DNA from: Lepidodermella squamata
Taxonomy: Eukaryota > Animalia > Gastrotricha
DNA: 64,000 nt
NCBI GenBank assembly: GCA_047495785.1
Contig: JBLDXI010000046.1
Location: 372,001 to 436,000, forward strand
Reading direction: 5' to 3'
Positions 12,841-26,297 of this stretch are shown here, piece after piece (the stretch's first letter is position 1; the number at the start of each line of letters is the position of its first letter). A model generated the notes under the pieces. The model ran no database searches, was not told the origin of the DNA, and worked only from the letters and a program-made list of their open reading frames with translations. Made by a program: the position numbers and the translations under genes.

Positions 12841-15800
12841 TTACAGGAAGGCCGATGGCGTGAGGGCGCGGTCGCGCGGGGCAGCCGAGGCGGCGCGCGA
12901 GCGGTGCGTGGTGACGCGCACGGTGGTCGTGCGAAGGCGCACAAGCTGCTCGGCGGTGTCGGCGCGTTCGGCGCTCTCTTCAACCTCGGACTGAACCTTG
13001 CGGTAACGGGCCAAGTTGATGGCGGCCATTTCTTCGGCTTGTTCGACCTGGCGCTTATAAACCTGAAAAATGATTAAAATAAATGATTTTATCATAATTA
13101 AATTAATCAATTAGTATTATCAATTTTTTAATTTTAATTTTAATTTTTTTAATCAATTTGAAAAATTTATTTATCGACTAATTTTTGAACTGATCGACCA
13201 AATAATATTAAAAATCAATAATAATGAAGAATTAAAATTAAAATTAAATTTTTCAAAAATTTCAATAATTAAATTTTGAATTTTTTTCAAATTCCAAAAT
13301 TTCAATTTTTCGAATTTTCAAAAATGTCTATGCTTCACGTTCACGTACCTTCAGCTTGGTCTGAAGCTGGTGGACCGACTCCTGCAGATGGCGCTGCTGG
13401 GCGGCGTCCTCCTCAGCCTGGGCAATAACCTCCTTGAGGCGCTGTTCGGCACGGCGAGCGGCCTTGCCGGTCTCCTGGTGGGCGAGGCGTTCCGAGTCGA
13501 GCTCAGCCTCGACCTCGCGCACGCGCAGCTCGAGCAGAGCAACCTGGCGCTTGCCGCCCTTGTACGCGTTCGCCTCGGCCTCCTCGACACGGGCCTGCAG
13601 GTCGCGCACCTGCGACTCGAGCGACTTGCGCAGGCGGTCGATCTCGTTGGCGTGCTCCTGCTCGGCGCGCAGCTCATCGGCCAGGCGCAGGGCGTCGGAC
13701 TGCGAGCGCTTCGCCTTCTCATCAGCAGCCTTCAGCTCGTTCAAGGCCTCATCAAGGTCAACCTTTTTGCACGAAAAAATAGATATGAGATGCCTGAATG
13801 AAGTATTTGTCCAAAACTAGGTCATCTTTTCAATTTTCAACAATATTATGAGGTAATAAATACTTAAAATGACGCGTGTCCGAAACTAGGTCATTCATCG
13901 TTTTTCAATAATTTTGAGGAAGAAAACAAAGAGATGCATTTGTCCGGAACTAGGTCATGTTGACACAAAATTATGAAGAAAAAAAGACTAAATATGCGTG
14001 TGTCTGAAACTAGTTCATTTCTATTTGTCAATCGATTGTTCCAAGATGAAAAATGACCCAGTTTCGGACACACCAATTTTTATCAATATTCACCAATATT
14101 CAGTAAAAGGCGTGATAATTGCGGGGAAAAATTGGCTTACCTAGATAAAAATTAAAGTGTCCGAAACTGGGTCATTTTATTGGTTTTAACATATTTTCAT
14201 GAATATTGACGAAAAAACGTAGTTTTTTAGGGGGGAATGGCTTACATTCAGAGCATGGATATCGGCCTCGGTCTTGCGGCGGTAGGCAGCCAGCTGGCTG
14301 TTTTGGGTCTGCAGTTCAGAAATGCGCGCATGGGATTCGCGCAGTTCCGACTCGGCCGACTTGCGCACGCGCTCGGCCTGGTCGCGGGCAGCGCGCAGCT
14401 CTTCGAACTCGTGGTGCACGGTGGTGGTGCGGCGTTCGATTATGACAATCTGCTCGCGCAACTCCTCGCGCTGGCGCGTCTCCTCCTCGACGCGCGTCTG
14501 CAGCTCGAGGATCTTCTGCTGGTAGCGCTTCGACGTCGTGTCGAGGTCGATGCGGGCGCGGTTGGCGCCGTCCAACGCGGCCTCAAGCGTCAACACGTCG
14601 GCTTCCAACTTTTTGCGGCTCTTCAGAGCTTCGTTCTTAGCGCGCGACTCGGCCTCCAAGCTGACCTGAAATTATAACAAAATTTTAAAAAAATTCAATA
14701 AAATTTAAAACATTTCTGGTTAAGCCAAATTATGACCAAAAATATGATGTCCCAAAATTAATTTTTTTTTTCATTGATTTTTATGAGTTTCTCTTCTACA
14801 TTAAAATCTCATTTTTCATTAAGCCTTATCGATAGATAGGATTTTAAAAAAATTTCAAAATTTCAAAAAATTTCAAAATTTTCAAAATTTTTATGTTTAA
14901 AATTCAAAATTTTTAAAAATTTCAATTGGAATGTTTTTATAAATTGGCAATGAGGTCAAAAATATTCGAGAACATATTCAACGAAATTTTGAAAATTTCA
15001 ATTTCGTTTTTGAATTCTACAGATAAATTATTTGCATACCTGGAGGGATTCGATCATGCGCTGCAGGCTGCGGCGCGACACGTCCTCCTCTTCGTCCTTT
15101 TCGGAGAGGCGCTTCTCGAAGTCGGAGCGCATCTGGGCGATTTGCAGCTGGTAGCGCTGCTGCTTCGAGCACTCGACAACAATGGCGGCCTCGGCCTCCT
15201 CGAGCGCGTGCTGCAGTTCGGCCTTTTCGACCTCGATGCGGCTGCGCAGCCGCTCAATCTCGTGAACAGACTTGCCACCGTCCGAAAGTTGATCTGTCAA
15301 CGCGCGAATCTCATCTGCATATTCGAAAAAAAACACAAAAATAATTATAAAAAATCACAAATTATCAAAGATTAAGTAAGGGTAACTTGATTAATAAATT
15401 TCCAGAGAGAAAATTCATCTAAAAATTCGGCAAAAATTCGAGCAAATTCAATCCGGGTAAAATACCGAAAATTACCAAACCCGGGTGTTCGGGTTTTTTT
15501 CGGTAAATTTTGACATTTAACGAGAAAATGTGCCTCGATGGGGAAATAATCCTCAAATAAAAAGCAACCCATTACATTTTTCAAAATTTCTATAAAAATG
15601 TACGATTACTCAAATTTTTGACATTGAATTAAATCCGTTTCAGGACAATTGGAAAATCTCAGGAATTTCAATTTCAAGCTTTCCCTATTCGCAGCAAATT
15701 TTCGGGGAAATATTCACTTCAATTTAGAACGGTTCTATTTTTCTTTTAAGGCAGAGCAAAAAGAAGTTTTGAAAATTATAAATGGAACATATTTCGAGAG

Positions 15801-18800
15801 AACTGGGTCGAACCGGGTAAAATACCGAAAATGATCAAACCGGGTTTTTCGGGGTTTCGGGTTTTTTTTCGGTAAATTTCGATTCTTTCGCGAGAAAATT
15901 TGCCAACTCGAGAAGTCGATGCCCAAATTATCGGATTTTATGACGCAACTCGATGGGATTCTCTAAACGGAAAGCAATCCTAAAAAATGACAATTAACCT
16001 ATTTTTAATTTTTAATTTTTTAATAATTGAATTTTTTTAATTAAAATTCAATTTGATTTTTAATTTTTAATTTAAAAGCCACTACAGCTTAAATTATTGG
16101 AAATTGAATAAAATCCGTTTGAGAAACATAAAAAATCTCAGAAATTTTAAGGCGGATCAAAAAAGGAATTTTACCCGAGAGATTCTTGTTCTCGCGGCGA
16201 AGTCCCTCCTGCACTTCCTGAGCCTCTTCGAGTTTTGCCTTGAGTTTGTACAACTCAGCCGAAAATGAGCGCGATTCACGGTGCGACTGTTCCAGTTCAA
16301 TCTTCAAATGGTCGATCTTCGACTGGTACTCCTCCACGATTTTATTCATCTGCTTCGACCGCTTCTCTGTCGCGCTCGCCAGCGACTGCGCCCGTTCCGC
16401 TTCAACGGTCACGTTCTCCAACTCGGCCTGCAGCTTCGCCTTTTGCTTCTCAACAATCGCCAGCTTGGACAGGGCCGATTCAATCGCCTCCTCAGCCTCG
16501 AGCAGCTTAGCCTGGAACTTGCGCTTCACCTCCTCGCTCGGTTCCCCTCCGCTGAACTCGCCAGCCGCCGCGCGAGCCTTCAGCTGCTGCAGCTCCTGGT
16601 TCGCCTTAGCCAGCGACCGTTGCAGGGCCGCCTTGCCGTTGATCTCCTCCTCCAGCTGCTCACGGGCCTGGGCAACATCGGCCTGGAGAGCTCGCGATTC
16701 CGCCTGGAACTTGGTCCGAGCCCGCGACTCTTCCTCATGCGCGCGTTTCGCCCGGTCCAACTCGCCCGCCAGCTGCTGCTTAGCCTTGTTAAGCGCCGCG
16801 ATTTGCTGAGCGGCTTCCTCCAACTGCCGCTGGGCGTCCGACGCCTCCTGGCTGGCGCGTTGGCGCTGGCTCTGCAGGTTGGCGGCGTTGATTTCGGCCT
16901 CTTCGAGGCGAGCGTGAAGGTCGCCGATTTGCGCCTCGGCGGCCTTGGCGTTCTTCTCGGCGTTGGCGCGCGCCTTCGAGATGGTCGAAACCTGAGCGGC
17001 TAGATCGTCGACCTGGGACTTGATCTGCTGCTTCTCCTTCTCGACCTGTTGGCGCTTGCGGTTGGACTGCTCCAGAGCCTCGGTCAGCTCGTTGACCTGA
17101 AATAAAATTAAGAAATTTCATTGAAATTTAAAAAAATATAAACATTTAAATATTAGAAAAAATTCAAAATTAAGGAGGACAAACTTTGGTTTCCTAGAAA
17201 AATTTATCAATTATAAAAATAAAAGAATCGGCGCAAAATGAGAAATCAGAATCTCATATACCGGAACCAAATTTTCAACCTTGGCACCAAGTAGAAACAA
17301 TAATATCTCATTTCAATTAATTTTGTCAAATCACGGTTACGGCGTGTTCTGAAAGTGATGAGCGTGTCTTATAGTGAAGATCACGGAGAATTTTTAAGCA
17401 ATTTACTTGGAATTTTCAAATTAATTTGGAAATTGATGAAAATGTGAAAACCGCATTTTTTGAGCGAATTGATTTTTTAAAATTTCGTTCCGCTTAGTAA
17501 GACCCAATTAAAATTTGGCGGAATCGAATTTTATTATTACTACTTTTCCCAAGTATGCTATAGGATTTAGTATCGCAAACTTCTGAAAATAATTATTCTA
17601 ATATTTTTGGGAAAATCTTACGGCGGTACCAAAGTTCATTTAATTCAATACCTAACCATTTTATTTGGTTCTCTAACTGGTTAGGGTTGGGGTTAGGTCA
17701 GGGTTAGGGTTAGGGTTAGAGGCTGGGACTTAAAGTTGGGGATTTGGAACTGATTGGAATAATTTGGTACAAAATTCAATGATGTTTGGTACTGATTTCA
17801 ATAATTTTGTAACAAATTCACTAAATCCTTTTTTTCTAGAAAATAGGTTACGGGACTTTATGGAAAAGGTGCCAATTACTCAAATGCTAATGTCTTTATC
17901 TTTAAGAATCCAGAGCTTTAAGAAATTCAAGAAATCAGGTCGAAAATCGCACATATTTACTTTCAACTTTCGAAACCTTGACTGAAAATACTTCCCGCTC
18001 GATTCGTTTGGCTGCGCCAAACTCACTCGGGGTTCCAGATCGGGGGGAAATTTTATTTCTCCATGGCTAGCCACATAGAGTATTCCCTTAATCCAAATCA
18101 AATCTAAATTTTCAATTCTTTCCGAAAAAAACAACGAATAATTGAAACCTTTTTCATCCTTTCAGAGAAAGAAATTTGAAGCTCTCAAATCGTTTTGAAG
18201 CTCTCAAAACTCCTAATGAGGCCAATTTGTTGGAGAAAAACAATGTTTTCGAATTTCAATTTTTCCCAATCAGTGGGGATATTTATAATTGATTTTACTT
18301 ACCTGATCCTGGTTCTTCTTACGGAAAGCAGCCAGGGCAGCTTCGTTGGCCATGCGCTGCTCCTCCATGTCGACACGCAGTTTGTTAAGCTCGCCCTCGC
18401 GGCGCTTGTTCAGCTCGATCTGAGCCGCCGTCGCTCCGCCAGCCTCGTCCAACCGAGCGGCAAGGTCCTCGAGCTCGCCCTGCAGATCGGCACGCTGCTT
18501 CTCGACCTTGATGCGGTTGGCACGTTCCTGGTCCAACTCCTGCTCGAGCTCTTCAATGCGCAACAGAGCTTCCTTGTTGCGCTTGCTCAGCTGAGCGTTG
18601 TGAACATTCGCCTCTTCGATCTTCGAGTTGAGGCCGGCAATGTCGCCCTCCTTTTTGCGGACAACACCCTCAAGTTCGCCCTTGAGGCGGTCGAGCTCGG
18701 TGACGGCGTCCTGGGTCGCCTTGAGGTCACCCTCCAGCTTCTTCTTGGCCTTCTCCAAATCGGCCTTGACCTTCTTCTCGCGGTTGAGGTTCTCGTTAAG

Positions 18801-21800
18801 CTCATCAACGTGGGCTTCGAGGTTCTGCTTGACCTATTTATTGAAATTCAAATAGTTCGATTTGAAATTTAAATTTCGATCTTCGATTATTAAAAATTTT
18901 AAAATTTTCAAAATTAAGATGTTGAATTCAAATATGAAAATTTCACAGAAATTTCAAACTTCTGAATTTTTTTGAAATATTGAAATTGTAATTGAAATTT
19001 TAAATTTTTAATCAAGCTTGAAATGTTAACAATTTTAAATTTAAATTCTGAAATTTGATTCTTGAATACTTGAATTTTAATTTTTGAAATTCGATTTTTT
19101 TAATTTTTAAACAAATTTAATTTTTTTCCTGAAAATGTAAGTTACCTTGGTAAGCTGGGCGTTCTTGTCCTGTTCGGACTGGAGGTCGCCCTGGGTCTTC
19201 TTAAGGTTCTCCTCCGTCGACTTCTTCTCCTTGGACAGCTTAGCAATAGCCTGATCCTGAGCGGCAACGTCGTCCTGCAGTTTGCGGATCGACGCGTCCT
19301 TGGCCTTCTTCTCCTCCTCCTGCTTGGCGACGGTCGACTCGAGCTGCTGGATGCCGCCCTTCAGGTTGTCGATCTCACCCTCGAGCTTGACGCCGCGAGC
19401 CTCGGCCTGGTTGGCGCGGGCCTCCTCCGAAGAGGCGCGCGACTCCAGTTCGCGGTTCTGCTCCTCGAGCGCAACGCGCTGTTCGACGAGGTTGCCAACC
19501 TTCTCCTCCATCTCGCCGATCTGGTCTTGAGCGGCCTGAAGGTTGATGAACCTTGGAAAATTAAAAAAATTAAAAAAAAAATTATGGTACTCAATCATTT
19601 CATTAAAACCGAAAATTCAATTCAATTGAAAAATTTGAAAAATTTGAAAAATTTAAATTTTAAATTTTAAAATTTTTTAATTCAGGAGTGTTAATTAAAA
19701 TTTAAAATTTTAAGAATTTAAAAATTCAAAATTCAAAAATTCATTTTTAAAATTTAAAATTTCAAAAATTATAAATTTCAAAAACTAAAATTTAAAATTA
19801 TTTTAACCACTCAAAAGTGACTTACAGGTCGTTCTTCTGCTGCATGAGGACAACGTTCTGCTCCTCGAGCTGCTTGGCGAGCACATTGACGCGCTCGAGT
19901 TCCTGTTTCGTCTTCTCGAACTCTTCCTCCTTCTGCGCAATCTCGTCCTCGCTCTTGATCTCGGCGAGCAGGGGCTTGATGAGGGTGTACATCTTCCACC
20001 ACGGCCACGAGCGGAAAGCCATGTACTTGCGAACGTTGCGCTGGATCATGTCCAGGGCAGTGCGCTGGTCTTGCAGCTTCTTGTACTTGCGGCGCATCAG
20101 GTAGCCGCGGACGTAGGCCTGGAACGATGACATGATGCCGGACAGCTTCTCCTCGCGCCACTCCTCGAGCTTGGCGACGATACCGGCGCGGAAGAACACC
20201 TTGGTCAGACCCAACTTGTAGTCAGACTCGCCCATAGTCAGGGCACCCAAGACCTTGATAAGAAAAATAACAAAAAATTATCAGAAATTCAAGGGAATTT
20301 CAAAAATTTCATCCTGATGGAACAACATTTTTAAAAGCAATTTTTTCTATTTTGTACCAATAATTCGGAAACAATAAATTCCTAAAAATGAGAAAAAATT
20401 CAAAAAAAATTCAAATGTAAATTTAAATTAAAAAATAGTTGATAAACTTTCTACATTAATTTCGGACCATATTTTTTTCTTCAGAAAAATTGTCTTTTTC
20501 TCAGAAAAATATTTTTTTCTTCAGAAATGTTTTTTTCTTGCAGAAATACATTTTTCCGCCAGAAAATCCATTTTTATTACCAGAAAAAGTTCAATATATT
20601 TTCAATTTTTAAAATCGCCATCTAACATCAATCTGACTGTTCCAGTTACTCAAAAAAGCGAAAATCGAATACTTCCTGATCGCCTGATTCTGCGAAATCT
20701 GCGAAACCAGTCAGTGATTAGAAACCCTTGTCTAATTTGTGTAATTCCCAAGACACAAAACAATTTTACTAAAACCTAATATATGATTATCGCTAAGGAT
20801 GAGGCTCAAGATATTTAGGACATTTTGTTAGGTCACGTGATTACGATTAAAAAGGTCTAATAAATACAAGTTATACCTGGATGCACCGGGTGTTTTGTAC
20901 CCAGAGGAAGGCCCCGGACCAGGTGGATTAACGGAGCACATAGGAGTTCGTTTTAAGTAGGACTCACTAAGGAAATTTCTATCATATCCCTAAGTTGGTC
21001 AATCTTTAATGAACGAATATGGGCTTGTTCGACGGCCCCAATCCTTATCTATCAGAATAAGTAAGATTCCCAAGGTTTGGAGATGCTAGGAATAAAACGA
21101 AAAATTTGCTTCGGATTGAAGCATTTTTCGAAGCCCCGGACTAACTGCTTGCCCCGCACTAACTGAGAATGAATAATCCGAAGGGTTGGCGATGAGTATA
21201 GCAAAGATAGCACACAAACTCGGCTGCCCGGATTTACAATGTAGCGCTGTCCGGGGTGAACATCGGATTTCTTGACAAAATAGGTTCCTCCCTTCACCTC
21301 AGAACTTCGCCTAATGAACGATTTTCATTAATTCATACGACTTTGAATCCACTCGCCTTTATCTGATATGAGGGCAGTGTCGAAGATGGCGGAGGGGGGG
21401 GGGGGGGGGGCGGGGGGGGACTGTCCCTGCTTCGAGCCCTCGGGATCGAAGCCTAACCACACGAACCTTATGATTTGTTACCTGAACCCTGCGGAAACTT
21501 GAGCGATATAAGGGGGGACCCCTACCTATATCCCCCTTTCGGCAAAATGTCCATCTTCTACACTGTATGAGGGATTCGAATTTTCTCCAGCGGCAAGCTT
21601 AATTCTGACATTAAAATGTGAGCGAAGCGAGTTTCTCGTTTGATTTCAAAAAGCTGAATACACTTAGCGTTTCTTGGAATGATATCCCTGTGAAAATGAA
21701 GCACCACGACTAGAATTCACGAGTATTTGAGGGAGTTGTAACCTTGAAATAACAATTTTGCTAGTATTTTTCTTTTCTGGCAGGAAAAATATGTTTTCTG

Positions 21801-24800
21801 GCGGAAAAATGTATTTCTGCTAAAAAAATTAATTTCTGAAGAATAAAATATTTTTCTGAGAAAAAGAATATTTTTCTGACGAGAAAATTATTCTTCTTAA
21901 TTTCACAATTTATTGAAGCAAAATTTGTGAAAAATTTGAAAAAGATTTGAAATTTGTTCGAAAATTTTAAAAATTTCAAAAAAATTCGAAAATAAAATTT
22001 AAAGCTTCGAGATTTTTGTGAGAATTTCAAATTTCAGATTTTCGAATTTTTCAATCTTAAATTCACAATGATAAAATGGCTATAAAATTCAAATTATTAC
22101 TGGAAATTTGAGATTTTTAAATTATTTAAGGCATTTTCTCTTTTATTCAAGATTAAATTTTGAGATTTTAGAAGAAAGGCAGAAGACAGAAGACGTTTTT
22201 GTCTCACCTTCTCAGCGACGACTTTAGCGTCGACGAAGCCGGCCGGGACGGCGTTCGGGGCCAGGATGGTGTAGCGCTGCTTGAAGTCGGGGTAGATCAT
22301 GCGGTTAGGGAAGCCCTTGCGGCAAATACGGATGCCTTCGAGCACACCGTTGCACTTGAGCTGGTTCAGCACAAGGTGAGCGTCGATGTACCACGACTGC
22401 TTCATTTCGTTCGGGATAAGGCAACGCACGAAGTGAGGATGCGTCGAGTACAAGTTCTTCATGAGACGGTTCAGCGACTCGCGATGGGCGGCCGAGATGG
22501 TCGACATGGCACCACCCTTCTTCTTCTTGCCACCACCACCGGACTCTAAAAAAAATATAAAAAATTTCAAAAATTCAAAAAATTAATAAAAAAATTCAAA
22601 ATTTCAATTTTGAAAATTTTAAAAATTCATTTTTAATTTTCATTGCTAGTATTCCCTCACTTTTTAATTAATCAAATTTTCATAGATTATTCATTTCTTT
22701 TATTCTAGCCGCCGTTATTTTTTTAATTATAATGAAAATTATCCGATTTTTGCTTATTTTTGGAGAAAGTGGAACGTCCCTGTTTTTTTTTTCTCATCTG
22801 TTTTCGTATCAAATTTCACCTGGTGAGAAAAACAAGATCGGCACGCATTTTTTTCGCGATAGGAGAAGCAATAACAATAACAATAACAGCTCCACTTTTC
22901 ATCGGCTAGCGCGCCTATATGCTATATATACCCGTTTCCCACTTCGATAACGCAAAAATCGCCCATGGTAATATTATATACCTGTCAGGAAATGTAGCCG
23001 GTAGAAAAAAATCAGAGGAAAAAACAATTACTTGGGTCGCTCAACAGCTGTTGTTGCCGATATTATTGCTAAAATGACAGGTGGTACTCACACGCTTTTT
23101 AGGATAATTAATTTAGGTGCTAACAAAGCGCACTGGATATTGAATCCTACACTTCGCGTGAAACAATAAATTTTAGAAAAAATCAGGAAAAAAATATAAA
23201 ATGGATTTAGAAATTCAGAATATAATTTTATGACCATAAAAATTCAGAAATTCTCTAATTTTGGCAAAATTCAGAAATTTCAAAATTCAAAAATTTCGGT
23301 TCTATGCCAATTGAGCAAACGACGAAAATTGAGCAACGAAAATAGAGCAAAACGACTTCTGAGCAAACGAAATTAGAGCAAAACGACACGAGAGCAAATT
23401 TAATAATTAATTGCAGCTGTTATTTATTGTAAATAAAATTTGCTCTCGTGTCGTTTTGCTCTAATCTCGTTTTGCTCAAAAGTCGTTTGCTCAAATTTCG
23501 TTTGCTCTATTTTCGTTGCTCAATTTTCGTTTGCTCAATTGGCATAGAACCAAAATTTCGACTAATTTCAAATTTTTAAAAAATTCAAAAATTTCAAAAC
23601 TAATTTCAAATTTCCAAATTTCAATTTTTCAATTTCAATTTGAAGTCTTATTGTATGGCAACTTACCCTCAGGCTCGGCCGGGAAGAGGATCGGGACCAA
23701 GGTGTCCTTGGAGCCAGACATGAGCTCGATGGTGCAGGCCTGGATAGGATCCTTGTTGCGCTCGAGCCAGCCGTTGCAGTTGTACGCAACAGTGCCGGCG
23801 TAGTGCTTCAGCTGGAAGTGCGGCTCCTTGTCCTTTTCCTTGCCCTTGCCTGGGGCCGGCTTCAAGAAGCACGGCGACTTGCCAAGATGGTTCTGGTACA
23901 GCTTCTCAACGAAGGTCTTGTCGCTGCCCTTCGGCACGATGCACTCCTCCTCGAGGATGGCCATGATACCCATGGGCTTCTCGATGAGCTCGATGCAAGC
24001 GGCCAAGTCGAGGCCGAAATCGATGAAGACCCAGTCGATGGCTTCCTTCTTGTACTCTTCCTGCTCGAGGACGAACATGTGGTGGTTGAAGAACTGCTGC
24101 AGACGCTCGTTGGTGTAGTTGATGGCGAGCTGTTCGAACGAGTTGAACTCGAAAATCTCGAAACCGGCGATATCCAGCACACCGATAAAGTACTGGCGAC
24201 GGTTCTTCGTGTCCAGGGTCTGGTTGCAACGCTTGACCAGCCAGTCGAACAGACGCGAGTACAGCGACTTCGACAGGGTGGCAACGGCATAGCTGACCTA
24301 TAACAAAAAATCTCGAAAAATTAGGGAAAATACCGAAAATACCCGGTAAATCCCGAAAAAACCCGATAATACCCGGTAAAACCCGATCTTGAGACTACAC
24401 TTGGAAAAGAAATCGCGATTGAAAAAAATCCATCTTAAAAAATTTAGACACCCCGATAAAACCCGAAATTACCAACCCGAAAACCCGAAAACAAGCTAAA
24501 CCTGGTAATACCCGATTTCAAAAATATTTCAGTTTTAATTACCCCCTTGAGAAATACGAAACCGGTAATAGACTGACCTGGTCCTTGTTCTGGGACTTGT
24601 TGACCCACTCGGTGCCGACCTTGACCTTGGGCTTGGTGAGGCACTTCAGCAAATCGGTGGCGTTGATGCCGAGCAAGAAGGCGGCCTTCTCAGCCTCAGC
24701 GGTGCCATCGGCTTCAGCCTGTTCGTCCTTGGCCTGCTTGAACTTCATCTCACCCATCCACATGATGGCGGCGCACGCCTTGAACATGGACAACTTCTCG

Positions 24801-26297
24801 TCTTCAGTGAAGCCAAGAATGTCCAAGGCATCCTATAATAAAATTGAAAAAATATCAGCATTCATCATTCATCTAATAAATCCTTAGTAGACCCGGCTTT
24901 AAACTAGCTTGAAGGAACCGGAAGAGCTTGAAAAGCCCGACTAAAACCGAAAAACCAGGTAAAACCTGTTCGGACCGCATATCAGGAGCTTGAAAGCATT
25001 TGGTAAAATCTAACAAGGTTGGGAAATTCCGAAGAACCCGGTAAAACCCGAAAAACCCGAGGGAACCCGAAAACCAGGTAAATCCCGAAAAACCCAGTAA
25101 TTTTTCGGAATAAACCCCGGCAGAATGGTTAAGGCATATCTAATCCAAACAAAGCTGGCAAAAACCAATATACCCGGTAAAACCCGAAAATTCCGATAAC
25201 CAGGTAAAACCCGATATTCCCGGCACAACCTAGCTTTGTAGACTTGGTTGATAGGCCACTAAGTTGTAATGACTTACCGAGGTCGCCTTCATCTCAGCGG
25301 TATCGTCCATACCGTCGACAGTCAAGACACCCTGGTTGGTGAAGCTGTAGGCACCAGTATCGGGGGTAAGCAGGAGCTTATCAGAGAACGACTTGGCGCC
25401 GTCGGAGCACAGTTGGTAGAAGATGTGGTAGTTACGCTCGAGACGGCCGCAAGCGGTGACACGCGACTTTTCAAGCAGGTAATGCTCAATATCGGCACCG
25501 GCGATCTTACCAGTCGGGCCGAAGTGGATGCGGATAAACTTACCGAAGCGCGACGAGTTGTTGTTACGCACGGTCTTAGCGTTACCGTAGGCTTCAAGCG
25601 GCGGGTTGCACTGCACGATTTGATCTTCAAGCGAGCCCTTCTGCTTGCCAGCGTCTTCAGCAGCAACGCCCTTGGCAGCATCGGCAGCAGCCTGGGCGGC
25701 GGCGACCTTGGCGAAGTACTGAATGACCTTCTTGGTGTTCTCGGTCTTACCAGCACCAGATTCACCGGTGATCAAAATCGACTGGTTCTCGCGGTCTTGC
25801 AACATGAACGAGAAAGCGCCGTCGGCAGTTGCGTACAAATGGGGCGGCATCTCAGTACGACGCTTGCCGCGGTACTTGGCAATAACCGATTCGGTGTAGA
25901 TCGGCAGGAACTTGTACGGGTTGATGACGACGCAGAAAAGGCCCGAATACGTGTAGATGTGCTGGTGGAAGTAGCGCTGGCGCAGATTGTGCAGGATAGC
26001 GGCTTCGTTGAGCTGCGTCAAGTCAGCCATATCCGTTGTCTGCTCGTACTTGGGCGGGTTAGGATCCTGCAGCAGGTCCTTGTGGAAGGTCTTCACCTCG
26101 CCCTTCTCCGTGCGCACCGTCACTTCATCGCCCTTGGTCGAGTCGATTTCGGACAGAACGAAACCGTCCTTTTCATCGGGCGCCCAGATGGCCTTCTTCG
26201 GGTCGATCTTCGACCGCGACAGCTCCTCCAACAGCTTCTTACGGTCGACGACCAAAAACTGGTATTCCGGTTCGGTCTCAGGGATCGAACGGTCCAT
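12841..26297 (-). CDS. Mhc: Myosin heavy chain class II, striated-muscle type; 12 exons, 1953 aa
   Basis: Exons 26297-25278, 24832-24578, 24297-23667, 22545-22208, 20253-19826, 19551-19146, 18833-18303, 17096-16175, 15314-15040, 14665-14246, 13762-13349 and 13062-12841 total 5862 nt with consistent phases. Motifs: [53 protein letters not shown], and a coiled-coil rod. Confidence 0.97.
13809..14176. repeat. Intronic minisatellite-like array of gtccgaaactaggtcat
   Basis: Direct copies near 13809, 13878, 13942, 14002 and 14159, and an inverted copy near 14053. The first four are spaced about 60-70 bp apart. Confidence 0.8.
17681..17720 (+). repeat. Short degenerate interstitial (TTAGGG)n-like tract
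   Basis: ttagggttggggttaggtcagggttagggttagggttaga, within a myosin intron. Confidence 0.8.
20471..21890. repeat. Inverted arms of about 120 bp built from ~20-bp subunits, enclosing ~1.15 kb (foldback-like)
   Basis: 20471-20590 (...gcagaaatacatttttccgccagaaaa...) is the reverse complement of about 21770-21890 (...ttttctggcggaaaaatgtatttctgc...). Confidence 0.7.
21375..21565. mobile_element. hAT-type MITE (191 bp) with a poly-G tract
   Basis: TIRs CAGTGTCGAAGATGG and CCATCTTCTACACTG, with a perfect 8-bp TSD TATGAGGG at 21367-21374 and 21566-21573. Confidence 0.92.
23298..23551. mobile_element. Palindromic MITE with GG termini and 8-bp TSD (Merlin-like, inferred)
   Basis: GGTTCTATGCCAATTGAGCAAACGA ... 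TCGTTTGCTCAATTGGCATAGAACC. The arms consist of gagcaaa(a)cga subrepeats. TSD AAAATTTC at 23290-23297 and 23552-23559. Confidence 0.9.
24330..25225. repeat. Intronic ~10-bp phased (A)nCCCG repeats in blocks at about 24330-24390, 24450-24515 and 25035-25225
   Basis: For example aacccggtaaaacccgaaaaacccgagggaacccgaaaaccaggtaaatcccgaaaaaccc. Related blocks occur at about 15450-15505, 15810-15875 and 57185-57255. Confidence 0.8.

Noticed and set aside
13809-14176. Repeat-spacer pattern as a CRISPR array
   Set aside because: It is in a eukaryotic intron, the repeats are short and degenerate with mixed orientation, and there are no cas genes.
17681-17720. TTAGGG tract as a telomere or fusion scar
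   Set aside because: Only about 40 bp, degenerate and intronic; more likely part of a dispersed repeat.
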